56,427 nt of DNA. Origin: a virus. Taxonomy: Duplodnaviria > Caudoviricetes. The position numbers and the translations under genes were made by a program. The notes below the pieces were generated by a model. The model did not search any database, was not told the origin of the DNA, and saw only the letters and a program-made list of their open reading frames with translations. The stretch's first letter is position 1, and every line of letters begins with the position of its first letter. Location: the IMG/VR virus record IMGVR_UViG_3300005529_000043, positions 1-56,427 of that record. The stretch is one strand, 5' to 3'. Positions 19,463-28,576 of this stretch are shown in pieces.

Positions 19463-19549
19463 GCCATAAGAAGAACGGAAGTAGTTCACGCCAACTCTCA
19501 CCGGTGTGAGCATCAGTATGCAACACTCAACCCAAGGTCTCTCACCTTG

Positions 19550-19635
19550 GTGCGGGCGCCTGAAGGCAAGGCGAGGCACAGGGTTTTTCTTTCATGTTTC
19601 CCTGTACAAGCGGGTTCGATCCCCGCCGCTCGTGC
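19550..19635 (+). ncRNA. tRNA-like element B
   Basis: GTGCGGGCG/CGCTCGTGC stem, ACAGGG/CCCTGT arm with 16-nt U-rich loop, T arm GCGGG-TTCGATC-CCCGC. Confidence 0.6.
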
Positions 19636-19636
19636 G

Positions 19637-19855
19637 ATGAAAGTTATACGAATTAAGGGCTTAAAGAAGAAGCGGCCGCTCCGGTGGCTCGTGACGATCC
19701 CAGAGAACCCGATGCTAACGAAAGCCATCCAGGCGACGCAGCGGACGGCGTATCGCAGGGGATACTCGCGCAAACAATCGACACAGTTCGCGCTGAACTT
19801 ATTTAGCTCCGAAGTGCGGCGCGCGCTCGGGGCGCTGGAGCCAGCGACCAGCTAA
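19637..19855 (+). CDS. Small basic protein
   Basis: Start re-called at ATG 19637 (MKVIRIKGLKKK); upstream part of track ORF overlaps the tRNA-like RNAs. Confidence 0.5.
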   Translation: MKVIRIKGLKKKRPLRWLVTIPENPMLTKAIQATQRTAYRRGYSRKQSTQFALNLFSSEVRRALGALEPATS

Positions 19856-19920
19856 AGCGTGACGTTCCGGCATACGTCCCAAGCGAAGGCGTGACGACGC
19901 TTCGCTTAAAACGCCGGGTT

Positions 19921-19972
19921 GGGGTGCAGGCGGATGGGCCGGCGCGGGCGAGGTTCGAGTCCTCGGCACCTC
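19921..19972 (+). ncRNA. tRNA-like element C (no anticodon arm)
   Basis: GGGGTGC/GCACCTC, mini D hairpin GGC-GGATGG-GCC, T arm CGAGG-TTCGAGT-CCTCG. Confidence 0.65.
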
Positions 19973-20042
19973 TCTATTTTCTTTGTCAACCGAACCGTTG
20001 ACAAAAGTTCACAAAAACCAAGCTATACATTGACAAGGTCTT

Positions 20043-20252
20043 ATGGAAAAGCGAGCGTTTAAACGGCAGATTTTACGCAACGAGGCGGCGTGCCCCAGGT
20101 GCGGGGAGGTGCTAACGTCGCATAGAGTCACCGTTATGCACCGGTGTGCCTGCGGGAACCTGTTCGTGGGCGGCGGAAAACTCCTGATCGATCGGCATAG
20201 CCACATCGGGCCGTATGTCGAAATGAGTATTTGTAAGGTAGTCCCGGCATGA
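20043..20252 (+). CDS. Small Zn-binding phage protein
   Basis: RNEAACPRCGEVLTS..CACGNLFVGGG. Confidence 0.65.
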   Translation: MEKRAFKRQILRNEAACPRCGEVLTSHRVTVMHRCACGNLFVGGGKLLIDRHSHIGPYVEMSICKVVPA

Positions 20253-20340
20253 TCGCGGTCCTACTTCTCCTTCAATGGTTCCTTCGCCGGCGCGACGAAC
20301 GGGCGCTTGGGAAGAACTACGATTGGTCGGGAATCGACGT

Positions 20341-20919
20341 ATGAAACATCCACTCCTCTGCTTTATTGACCTCGAAACGACGGGGACGAACTTCGAGCGG
20401 CACGCGGTCACGCAGATCAGCGGGACGATCGCGGAGCTTATCGAGGGGAGCGTTGCGCCATCGAAGACCTTCGACTTTTTGGTGAAGTCGTTCGAGGGTG
20501 CGGAGATTTCCGAACAGGCGCTCGAGATCACGGGGAAGACGCGCGAAGACTTAGAGGGACATTCCGATGCCAATGAGGTCTATCGCGACTTCGTGAAAAT
20601 ACTCGGGCGCTATTGCAGCAAGTTCAACAAGACGGAAAAGTTCTGGCTCGTCGGCTACAATGCGCGGTTCGACTACGACTTCCTGCGAAAATTTTTCGAG
20701 CGCCAGGGCGATAAGTATTTCGGTTCGTGGTTCTGGTTCCCGCCGATCGACGTCATGAATATGGCGGCCGAGCGGCTGATGAAGGAACGCCACGCGATGC
20801 TGAACTTCAAGCTGGGAACCGTGGCCGATAAGCTGGGGGTCGAGGTGCCAGAGCGACTTCATGACGCGTCGGTCGACATCGCGCTCACGCGAGCTATCTA
20901 CGACAAACTAAGGCAATAA
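20341..20919 (+). CDS. DnaQ-like DEDDh 3'-5' exonuclease
   Basis: IDLETTG, GYNARFDYDFL, HDASVD motifs; start re-called at ATG 20341. Confidence 0.9.
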   Translation: MKHPLLCFIDLETTGTNFERHAVTQISGTIAELIEGSVAPSKTFDFLVKSFEGAEISEQALEITGKTREDLEGHSDANEVYRDFVKILGRYCSKFNKTEKFWLVGYNARFDYDFLRKFFERQGDKYFGSWFWFPPIDVMNMAAERLMKERHAMLNFKLGTVADKLGVEVPERLHDASVDIALTRAIYDKLRQ

Positions 20920-20923
20920 CCAT

Positions 20924-21427
20924 ATGACAGCACAGTATATCACGACAGCGCTTAAAAGCATTCATCTTTCGAAAGCAGAGTACGATGAGCTCGTAACAAC
21001 GGCACGAACGAGGCTGCGGGAAACAATGTCGGACGTACAGATAACACAGCCACTCGCGGACGGATTCGTTCTTGGCTATTCTATGATCGCCGGCACCGAG
21101 GTCGTGCCGCTGAGATACGCCGATCCGGACCTGATCGCGAGATACTGTGTATTCGAGACTCCGGGCGAGGTTCTGCGAGAGGCGCGGGAGCGCGAAATTC
21201 GCCGCAAAGCCAGCTTGGTGCGGAAGCGGATTTTGAAGGAGGAAGGGTTCGAAGAGTATGAACCCGGCCCGCAAGACCTCGTCTACACGGCCTCGTTTAA
21301 GCGCGGAGAGTGGGCGCCGCTGTGTGGGAGACACGATGGCGTTATTCCCTGGTACGTATTCCCCAGCAGCGCAACACGGGACCGGTTCTTTCGACTCATG
21401 GGGCCGGAACTTAAAGACTTGGTGTGA
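20924..21427 (+). CDS. Hypothetical protein
   Basis: Operon-packed ORF. Confidence 0.55.
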   Translation: MTAQYITTALKSIHLSKAEYDELVTTARTRLRETMSDVQITQPLADGFVLGYSMIAGTEVVPLRYADPDLIARYCVFETPGEVLREAREREIRRKASLVRKRILKEEGFEEYEPGPQDLVYTASFKRGEWAPLCGRHDGVIPWYVFPSSATRDRFFRLMGPELKDLV

Positions 21428-21951
21428 CGGAGGGATTTTATCGCGCGATCTTTTCGCGGAATTCTGTAAAATACTGGGATGAACTTTGCGCGGTCGTCCC
21501 AGACCTCAGACCCAACTTCGGAGTGCCGCAGTCGAAAGAGTGGCACCCGGAAGGCGCCGTCCATATCCATATCTGCAAAGTTATCGATGCGGCCGCGGAA
21601 CCTTTAATTCGAAGTTCCGCGCCGCTCGACCGATGCGATTATACATTCGTACTGGCCGCCCTATTCCACGACATCGGGAAGGCCGCGACGCATGAGTTTA
21701 AAAACGGCATTCACAGCTTCCGCGACCACGAAACGAAGTCCGTCGAGATACTGCAAGACTATCACGGGCTTATCTACGGACTCGGAGTAAAGCGGTGGAG
21801 GCTCGAGGCAATCGTACGGGACCACATGCGCGCCCACAGATATATCGACGGGCGCATGACAAAGCGAAGTAAGCGGCTGGAATTTATCCAGCTCCCGCAT
21901 TACGAGGACCTTCTCAAATTCGCAAAATACGACAGACAAGGAAAGCTTTAA
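21424..21951 (+). CDS. HD-domain phosphohydrolase
   Basis: QSKEWHPEGAVHIH, AALFHDIGK, HE..S, HM, D..G motifs like HD domains of CCA-adding enzymes and Pnkp-associated proteins. Confidence 0.85.
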   Translation: MTEGFYRAIFSRNSVKYWDELCAVVPDLRPNFGVPQSKEWHPEGAVHIHICKVIDAAAEPLIRSSAPLDRCDYTFVLAALFHDIGKAATHEFKNGIHSFRDHETKSVEILQDYHGLIYGLGVKRWRLEAIVRDHMRAHRYIDGRMTKRSKRLEFIQLPHYEDLLKFAKYDRQGKL

Positions 21952-21953
21952 TC

Positions 21954-21966
21954 AACCTAAACGACA
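21954..21966 (+). promoter_or_regulatory. Start-associated motif AACCTAAACGACA (first of about 11 copies)
   Basis: Directly abuts ATG 21967; other copies listed in findings. Confidence 0.8.
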
Positions 21967-22340
21967 ATGGGAAAGAAAAAGACATTATTGACAATAGAGC
22001 CTCTCGGCAACAACATCCCCTACATAGACGATGCGGACCTACGTATCGCCGAGTGGGAGCCGGAGGAGCTGGGTGGGCACTGCGTCAGCATAAGCGACGA
22101 AGGAATTACCATCGGATGCCAGGGGCCCTATTCGTTGCAACAGTGGCGAGGGTGCTCGGCAGAGAACTCGCGCAGAAGAACTACCTCACCAAAGACGCCG
22201 AAGCCAATCTCCGCTACGTATTGCCTATTTTGGTGAAGGCATTTAAGGCGCGCAAAAAAGCGATCGCCGCGTTCGAAAAAGAAATGTCGAAGACCATCGA
22301 TATTCCCGCACGTCCTACCAAGAGGAAGCGTGGAGCCTGA
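21967..22340 (+). pseudogene. Probable single gene split by a frameshift near 22150
   Basis: Protein-like N-half (..TIGCQGPYSLQQW) appears to continue in the -1 frame (VLGRELAQKNYL..). Confidence 0.45.
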
Positions 22341-22800
22341 AGCGATTATCGAAGCCGTGTGTCGTGAGTTCGAGATCACTCCAGAGGTACTCGCGGGGCC
22401 GGACCGGACAGCACGCGTTAGTTCGGCCCGTAGTATCGCAGCGGCGCTGCTGTGCGATAACCTCAACCTCACGTTCAGGCATGTAGGCGAGATATTAAAG
22501 AGGGATCGCTCCACCATCCATACGGCCGTAAAAACCACACGCGCGAAAGCTAAAGCGCAACCCAATTTCGCTGTAACGATGAGCAATATCTTCTCCGATG
22601 CGCGCGACGCACTTCTACCCCCAAAGGGACGCGAGGCGAAGCACGCGCGTCGAGCACGGGAGTTTTTCAGGCTCCTTCGGGAACTACCTCACCTTTCGTG
22701 GGAGCGAAAGGTGGAATTATTAGAAATCGAATTCGACGCCGTCGCTTCCGACGCCGTGCGCGAATTCGCGACGGCCACGCCGGGCCAGACGGCGCACTAA
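22330..22800 (+). CDS. DnaA C-terminal-like HTH protein
   Basis: IIEAVCREFEIT..R..VSSARSIA..VGEILKRDRSTIH. Confidence 0.8.
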   Translation: MEPEAIIEAVCREFEITPEVLAGPDRTARVSSARSIAAALLCDNLNLTFRHVGEILKRDRSTIHTAVKTTRAKAKAQPNFAVTMSNIFSDARDALLPPKGREAKHARRAREFFRLLRELPHLSWERKVELLEIEFDAVASDAVREFATATPGQTAH

Positions 22801-22816
22801 CACAACCACTACTTTA

Positions 22817-23149
22817 ATGCTAAAAACAGTATTCGGGGCCCTGGGCGTCATCGCAGTTCTCCTCGCCCTTACGTGGCTCGCTCAGGGCAATGAGTTTTTT
22901 ATGTACAAAGTCTTTGCGCCGGCTCGGGAGAACGTGCGGCGCGAGGTTTTTGAGAATACGAAGTCATACAACCAGGGGATGGTCCAGCAAATCCGCGGGT
23001 ACATGGCTTCCTACGCGCAGGCGGACTCGTCCCAAAAGGACGCGCTCGCCTCCGTCATCGTCCACGAAACGGCAGACTACGACGAAACAAAGCTTCCCGC
23101 CGACTGCCAGACCTTCATTGCTCAACTTAGACAGAAACAACTCCAATGA
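22817..23149 (+). CDS. Membrane-anchored protein (partner of adjacent lipoprotein)
   Basis: N-terminal TM; ENVRREVFENTKSYNQGM. Confidence 0.65.
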   Translation: MLKTVFGALGVIAVLLALTWLAQGNEFFMYKVFAPARENVRREVFENTKSYNQGMVQQIRGYMASYAQADSSQKDALASVIVHETADYDETKLPADCQTFIAQLRQKQLQ

Positions 23150-23643
23150 AATACGCCTTTATTTTACTACTCGCTATCTTCTGCGCCTCGTGCAGCCGGA
23201 ACTCGTCTTCAGACGACGTTCAGCGCCAGCAACAAGAAAAGCTGTTAGCCGAGGGAACTGCTCAGACCGGAATGCCGGCGATCAAAAACTTCCGGGAGCG
23301 GAAGATGCTGAAGGATATTCTGGAGCTTCGCGACCAGAATGGACTGACGACGTACACGTATCTCTATAACGAGATGCAGGGGAAACTCGTATTTTTCGGG
23401 GAGACGATCGGCTACGGGATTCCTTACGCCACAGAGTACACCAGCCCAGAGAAAGACGCGTACTACACGACAAGTTCAACCGTCCACATCACGCTCCCGC
23501 AGGCCGACCCGAACGGGCTTTTTGCTCCGTCGAGCGCCGAGGGGACGTGGGTGTTACTTAAAAACCCCAACGGTAAAGACGTGCAGCCCGTCTACGTCGA
23601 GCCACGGATCATCGTCAGTCCCTTCCGGCTCGACCTGAACTAA
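23146..23643 (+). CDS. Phage lipoprotein
   Basis: Lipobox-like signal; IGYGIPYATEYTSP..QADPNGLF..YVEP. Confidence 0.7.
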   Translation: MKYAFILLLAIFCASCSRNSSSDDVQRQQQEKLLAEGTAQTGMPAIKNFRERKMLKDILELRDQNGLTTYTYLYNEMQGKLVFFGETIGYGIPYATEYTSPEKDAYYTTSSTVHITLPQADPNGLFAPSSAEGTWVLLKNPNGKDVQPVYVEPRIIVSPFRLDLN

Positions 23644-23790
23644 CCATCACGAATAATTGCGCGAGACATGGGGTGTGAGCCGCACCCCTTGGCACGTCGC
23701 GCTAAAAATTATGGAAATGATACAGGAATTTCTTGGCGGCTTCTTCCTCGGGGTGATCCTTGTGGTGGTAATCCGGTGGAGGGAGATACG

Positions 23791-24000
23791 ATGAAGCCGA
23801 AGCTCCAATACAAAATTAATGGGAAGTGGTACGATGCGCGCGACGTCGCCACCGTCGCGGGCGGCGAGGCGGACGAGGTGAGCTACGCCGTTGTCAATGG
23901 CGACTCTAACCACCACGTCATCGAAGACACGCGCCACGCTTTTTATTGTAACTGCGAAGGGCAGTGTAAGGGACACAAACACGGAGTAATAGTTCCATGA
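23791..24000 (+). CDS. Small Cys/His protein
   Basis: Start re-called at ATG 23791 after GGAGGGAG; FYCNCEGQCKGHKH. Confidence 0.4.
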   Translation: MKPKLQYKINGKWYDARDVATVAGGEADEVSYAVVNGDSNHHVIEDTRHAFYCNCEGQCKGHKHGVIVP

Positions 24001-24368
24001 AAAAGAAAAAGAGAATGCCGCTTATGACCCCGGAGCAGCGATCGTCATTTATCGATGCGCTAAGAAGCGGGAGATATAAACAGGGGCGCGGGATGATGAT
24101 TAGCCTCGACGGCCAGCGGCTTTGCTGCCTCGGCGTCCTTTGCAAAATCAACCACATTGCGCTTGGGAACGTCAACGACTGCGTCAGCGACGAGCGCGCG
24201 AACGCATACGAATACGTGAAGAGCCTCCTGGGCGATGCGTGGTCAGACCTCCTCCACGCGAATGACAAGCAGTCACTTTCTTTTAACGAGATCGCGGACA
24301 TCGTCGAAGGGCCGGCATTCACGCGTGCACTAAGTACCGCGATCCGAGACGACGACGATGACGAGTAA
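23997..24368 (+). CDS. Conserved phage hypothetical protein
   Basis: ALRSGRYKQG..CCLGVLC..ND..SFNEIADI. Confidence 0.65.
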   Translation: MKKKKRMPLMTPEQRSSFIDALRSGRYKQGRGMMISLDGQRLCCLGVLCKINHIALGNVNDCVSDERANAYEYVKSLLGDAWSDLLHANDKQSLSFNEIADIVEGPAFTRALSTAIRDDDDDE

Positions 24369-24379
24369 AATAATTCTAA

Positions 24380-24841
24380 ATGCTCGCACTTCAGCCGATA
24401 ACATTTAAGGACGCGAAAGCCTTTATCGCGGCTCATCACCGTCACCACGCTCCTCCTCGAGGCTGGAAGTTCGGAGTCGGATGCGCGAGCGTCGGCCGAC
24501 TCGTGGGAATCGTAACTGTCGGGCGTCCGGTCGCTCGCCACTACGACGACGGATGGACGCTGGAAGTCACTCGACTCTGCACAGACGGGACCAGAAATGC
24601 CTGCTCATTTCTATATGCGGCGGCGGGAAAAATTACGCGCGCGCTCGGATACAGGCGGCTCATAACCTACACGCTGCCCGAGGAGGGTGGCGCAAGCCTC
24701 AAGGGGGCTGGATGGCGCTTAATCGGCGAGAGAGGCGGCGGGTCCTGGAGCCGTATTCGACGACCGCGAGAAGATAAACACGCGACACAAAAAAAAAGTA
24801 TCTATGGGAACTCCAGCTCGCCGAGGCCGACCGTCGGGTAA
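24380..24841 (+). CDS. XF1762-family protein
   Basis: HHRHH..G..IVTVGRPVAR..LEVTRLCTDGTRNACSFLY..ITYTL..E.GASL. Confidence 0.85.
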   Translation: MLALQPITFKDAKAFIAAHHRHHAPPRGWKFGVGCASVGRLVGIVTVGRPVARHYDDGWTLEVTRLCTDGTRNACSFLYAAAGKITRALGYRRLITYTLPEEGGASLKGAGWRLIGERGGGSWSRIRRPREDKHATQKKSIYGNSSSPRPTVG

Positions 24842-25055
24842 GCTAAAGGACTACCCGCGCAGTCGCGGTCGCACGCAATATCAGTATGCGAATACGCGAG
24901 TGTCGGCGGAGGAATTCGCTAAGACCTTCGGGAACTGGATTCCGAGGCTTTTCACGACGGATCGGGGATGGTCGGGTATGGATATACTCTGGCTCACCCC
25001 CTATTGTACAAAACGCTTTATGAGGAAACTGCGAAAACGGAGGGGCGATGAGTAA
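24804..25055 (+). CDS. Small basic hypothetical protein
   Basis: Operon-packed ORF. Confidence 0.45.
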   Translation: MGTPARRGRPSGKLKDYPRSRGRTQYQYANTRVSAEEFAKTFGNWIPRLFTTDRGWSGMDILWLTPYCTKRFMRKLRKRRGDE

Positions 25056-25187
25056 GCGGGCGAAAAGCGGAGTAATCAAGAAGACTCGCGGCGCCGACGT
25101 CAGGATGGGGAAGGCGAAGCTGCGCGAGTTGAAGCGGATTGAACGCGAAGCCTATCTTCGCGAGGGATGGAGGCAGGTGATAAATTA

Positions 25188-26075
25188 ATGGCAGACATAC
25201 CATATTTCCCCCACGACTTCAACGCGCGGGGAACGAAGAAGCTGAAGAGACTTCGTCGCAAGCACGGACCAGGCGGCTACGGCCGATACTGGATGTTGCT
25301 CGAAATGATGAGGGAATCTCCTCTTTATCGGATCGACTTGCTGGACGAAAATACGCTCGAGGATGTGATCGAGGATTTGGATTTCGCGACCGAAGAGGAC
25401 CTCCGCGGCTTTTTAAAAGAGCTCGTCGATCTCCGACTTATCGAGGTCGACGGCAATATCATTTCGTCCGCCGGCTTCGATGAGCGCATGGCGTGGATGG
25501 ACGCATTCCGACAAGGCAATTCGGAGCGGGCCAAGAAGGCTGCAAAGGCCAGGTGGGGGCGCGCTGGCGGAGAGAATGCTAACGATGCTCGAGCATTGCT
25601 CAAGCATGACGAGCACATGCTAAGCAATGCTACCCACCCACCCACCCACCCACGTACCCACGTACGTACGGACGGGGCCCTTGTGCCTTCGGCACCGGGC
25701 CCGGATCGGGAGACAACGGTTTCTTACAGCCCAGCCCTGGACTACAAATATGGAGTCTGGAGTGAGAGGGACGGCGTGAGGTATTTCCGGCATGAGCGCT
25801 GGGCCTCCATGAGTGAACAGGAGAGGCAGCGATACGTCGCCGATGGGCATGTGGACCCTCGCTATATCAAAGAGGATGGGACAACAAGGAGCTGGCTGCC
25901 GCCGGACCTGGAAGGTCGATCGAGCGACGAGCCAAGCGATGGTTTGAAGAGCGTCATCAGCGCGCGGTTGGGGAATAAGATAATCAACACTTACCCAACC
26001 CCCAAAATAAGTGAATCTTCGCCCCACTCCCATATTGAGATCGAGGAGGAGGTGGAGGAGGGGGACCCGTTTTAA
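25188..26075 (+). CDS. Phage replication initiator (Lin1244/DUF4373-like N-terminus)
   Basis: YFPHDFNAR..L..KHG..GYGRYWMLLE; AKKAAKARW linker; internal iteron-like repeats. Confidence 0.8.
   Translation: MADIPYFPHDFNARGTKKLKRLRRKHGPGGYGRYWMLLEMMRESPLYRIDLLDENTLEDVIEDLDFATEEDLRGFLKELVDLRLIEVDGNIISSAGFDERMAWMDAFRQGNSERAKKAAKARWGRAGGENANDARALLKHDEHMLSNATHPPTHPRTHVRTDGALVPSAPGPDRETTVSYSPALDYKYGVWSERDGVRYFRHERWASMSEQERQRYVADGHVDPRYIKEDGTTRSWLPPDLEGRSSDEPSDGLKSVISARLGNKIINTYPTPKISESSPHSHIEIEEEVEEGDPF
25575..25673. repeat. Iteron-like repeats inside initiator gene (putative origin)
   Basis: Clustered TGCT/AGCA units (ATGCTCGAGCAT, TGCTCAAGCA, TGCTAAGCA) followed by (ACCC)5 and ACGT repeats. Confidence 0.55.
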
Positions 26076-26747
26076 GGAGGGTTTCTGCACAATATAAAAA
26101 CGGGAAAGAATGCTTTTTATATGGAAACCCACTTATACCACGAATTGAAGCGGGTACAGGGAGAACACCATCGTCGGGCGGCGCGCGAGGGGCCCCGAAT
26201 TGAATCGGGGGCGGGCCTTTTTGAAAAAGGATGCTTTTTTTCTGGAAATCGACTTCGTTCCCGTGCCTGAGATCGAAGGACGGTTTCTAATTGAACTCGG
26301 AACTAATCTAAAACCCTCCGGTACGTTACGCCGTAGGTCATAATCGCGCCGTAAGTGTCGTTTTTGGTTCGTTTAACCGACAACACTCTGACTTGTTTTC
26401 ATTGCCGCCGGTCGTATCGCTGTTTTACCTTTCTATTAGATAGTTTTTGTCTTTGTGAAATCGCTGGTTTGTCTATACAGCTAACCGGTTGTCTATGAAA
26501 AAGGTGTGCCAACGCTCGTTTTAGTGCAATTGCCACCGCTGGCAATCATTGGCACGGCATTGGTGAAGGTAGCCCAGTGAGTTCATTTTACAATTCACTT
26601 TCCTTCGGGACAGCTAAGGGTGACAGCCTTAGCGTGTAGAGAGTCAGTCAGTAGGTCAACACCCCGAACCCTCGGCTTTCCGCTAAACCCTGTCCTGATT
26701 GAATGTTCTTTGACAACCGCCGGAGCCTATCGCTCCAAGAACTCACT

Positions 26748-26831
26748 GGGAGTAGCGTCGTGCTACGGTATGCCTATAAAGGCCAATAGGGCCGGGTTTA
26801 CGCCGTAAAGGGTTCAAATCCCTTTACTCTC
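26748..26831 (+). ncRNA. tRNA-like element D (degenerate, long variable arm)
   Basis: GGGAGTA/TACTCTC, CCTAT/ATAGG arm with 8-nt loop, T arm AAGGG-TTCAAAT-CCCTT. Confidence 0.65.
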
Positions 26832-26857
26832 TCAAATTCAACCTAAACGACACACTT

Positions 26858-27145
26858 ATGTATTCACACCGTTTCCAACCCGAGCAATTCCGGGAAGCGG
26901 TCTTACGCCGCTATCCTCGCATTCCATTAGAAGCATTAGATCGAATCGTTGACCGGGAAGCTCAGCGGCCCGTTAACCACTCGCTTTCTCCTGCCTCTTA
27001 CGTTCCCCTCGCAGTCGCAAGTGTACACGGGTTCGTTCGTCATAACTTTACAAATTATGATATACTGCTCGAACGCACTATGCGACACATCGCACGCGAC
27101 AAGGTGCGTCGCGCAGTAGAGAACTATCTTACCGCGTGGAGCTAA
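26858..27145 (+). CDS. DUF2293-like protein
   Basis: YPRIP..VRHNFTNYDILL..AR..V...L..W. Confidence 0.7.
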   Translation: MYSHRFQPEQFREAVLRRYPRIPLEALDRIVDREAQRPVNHSLSPASYVPLAVASVHGFVRHNFTNYDILLERTMRHIARDKVRRAVENYLTAWS

Positions 27146-27261
27146 TATGGAAACACTTCCATACTATACCAAAGACGTTTACGGGGTTCGGAGACATTAT
27201 CTGCGAGACCCCGAACAGGCCCGGCACGTTGTCGCGCTGACGGGGAAAAGACGCCGCTAAA

Positions 27262-27308
27262 AACCCCAAATGGAGATTTTTACGGGGGGTTAACTCCCTC
27301 CGCGGGTT
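27262..27308 (+). ncRNA. Decayed tRNA-like element H
   Basis: AACCC...GGGTT closure and CGGGGGG-TTAACT-CCCTCCG hairpin, same layout as elements E and F. Confidence 0.4.
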
Positions 27309-27336
27309 CACTATTCTTTAAAACCTAAACGACAAC

Positions 27337-28557
27337 ATGGACGAAGAACTACTAACACTGCTCGAATCGGCACCGGCGGTTCTTGAGCCGGATATAGGAA
27401 CGGAGCCGGAAGAAGAAGAGCCGGAACCGTTTTGCTCGTGCGGAAGGTGCGGCGAAGTTATCGAAAAAGAATCTGACGCACACCGCGTTCGCGTTCGTAA
27501 TTCTGGCGAACCATACGAAAACTGGTGTACCGACTGCACGGATTATGCCGCTTTCGACCCGCATCACACGGAGTTATACAGTGACGAGCTGTGGGATGAA
27601 TGCTACTTTTGTTGCGACAACTGCAATGAAATCTATTCGCGAGACTACTATTTCGGCGATGGAATTTGTGAGGATTGCGCTCCGAGGGACGACGACGAAG
27701 AAGACGATTCCCCCTTAAGGGACTACGGCACACGTGCCGAAAAGGTACACGGATTCTACGGCGCTCACCGTGCGAACTGGAGCGGATTATACGAATCCGG
27801 GTATAAGGTTCACGGGGAAACATTGTATTTCGGAATGGAACTCGAAATAGAATGTCTTTCCGACGCCGAGGATTTACGAGCCGCTATCGACCGTATTAAC
27901 GACTTACTCGCGGGATTCGCGATTTTAAAATCCGACGGTTCCCTTACACGTGGGTTTGAGATTGTTACCGCGCCTGCTACGATGCCTGAATTCAAGAAGC
28001 GAACGGCAAAATTTTTCGCCGCGCTTCCCGAACTTTGCAGGCAGTATCACTTGCGTTCGTGGCATACGTCCACGTGCGGTTTGCATGTTCATGTTTCGCG
28101 TAGTGCCTTATCCGAATTGCAAATCGGAAAGATACAGGCGTACATAACTGATCCCGCGTCTTATGCACTGGTTCGAAAGATTGCGGGCCGCGACTCTTCA
28201 CGATGGGCCGGATTCTCGGAAAAGAAGTACCTCAAAGATCGTCCGCTCGAAATGGGACACTCCGCCGAGCGATACACAGCAATTAATCTTTGCAACGCTA
28301 AGACCATTGAGTTCCGACTGTTCAAGGGTACAACCTTAGAGGCGGGAATTTTTCGGAATTTAGAGTTCGTGTTGGCGCTGGCGGAATTCACGTTACCCGG
28401 CGGCGGGATGAGTATTTCTGAATCTCACGGTGGCAGCTCATTTCAAAAGTTTTTGGAGCAAGCCGCCCAACGCAACACCTATCCAAACCTTACACGCTTC
28501 TTGACCGCACGCGGATTTCTTCGCGGTCATAAGCGACACGGGAACATTTTAAAATGA
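27337..28557 (+). CDS. Amidoligase-family (COOH-NH2 ligase) protein with Cys-rich N-terminus
   Basis: FGMELEIE, KSDGSL..GFEIVT, CGLHVHVSR, RY.AIN..TIEFRLF. Confidence 0.88.
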   Translation: MDEELLTLLESAPAVLEPDIGTEPEEEEPEPFCSCGRCGEVIEKESDAHRVRVRNSGEPYENWCTDCTDYAAFDPHHTELYSDELWDECYFCCDNCNEIYSRDYYFGDGICEDCAPRDDDEEDDSPLRDYGTRAEKVHGFYGAHRANWSGLYESGYKVHGETLYFGMELEIECLSDAEDLRAAIDRINDLLAGFAILKSDGSLTRGFEIVTAPATMPEFKKRTAKFFAALPELCRQYHLRSWHTSTCGLHVHVSRSALSELQIGKIQAYITDPASYALVRKIAGRDSSRWAGFSEKKYLKDRPLEMGHSAERYTAINLCNAKTIEFRLFKGTTLEAGIFRNLEFVLALAEFTLPGGGMSISESHGGSSFQKFLEQAAQRNTYPNLTRFLTARGFLRGHKRHGNILK

Positions 28558-28576
28558 ACAGGAGAATCAAGTATAT

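Noticed and set aside
19358-19636. N-terminal part of track ORF 19358-19855; likewise the 5' extensions of 30609, 32053 and 31986 ORFs
   Set aside because: They overlap tRNA-like structures; better ATG starts lie downstream
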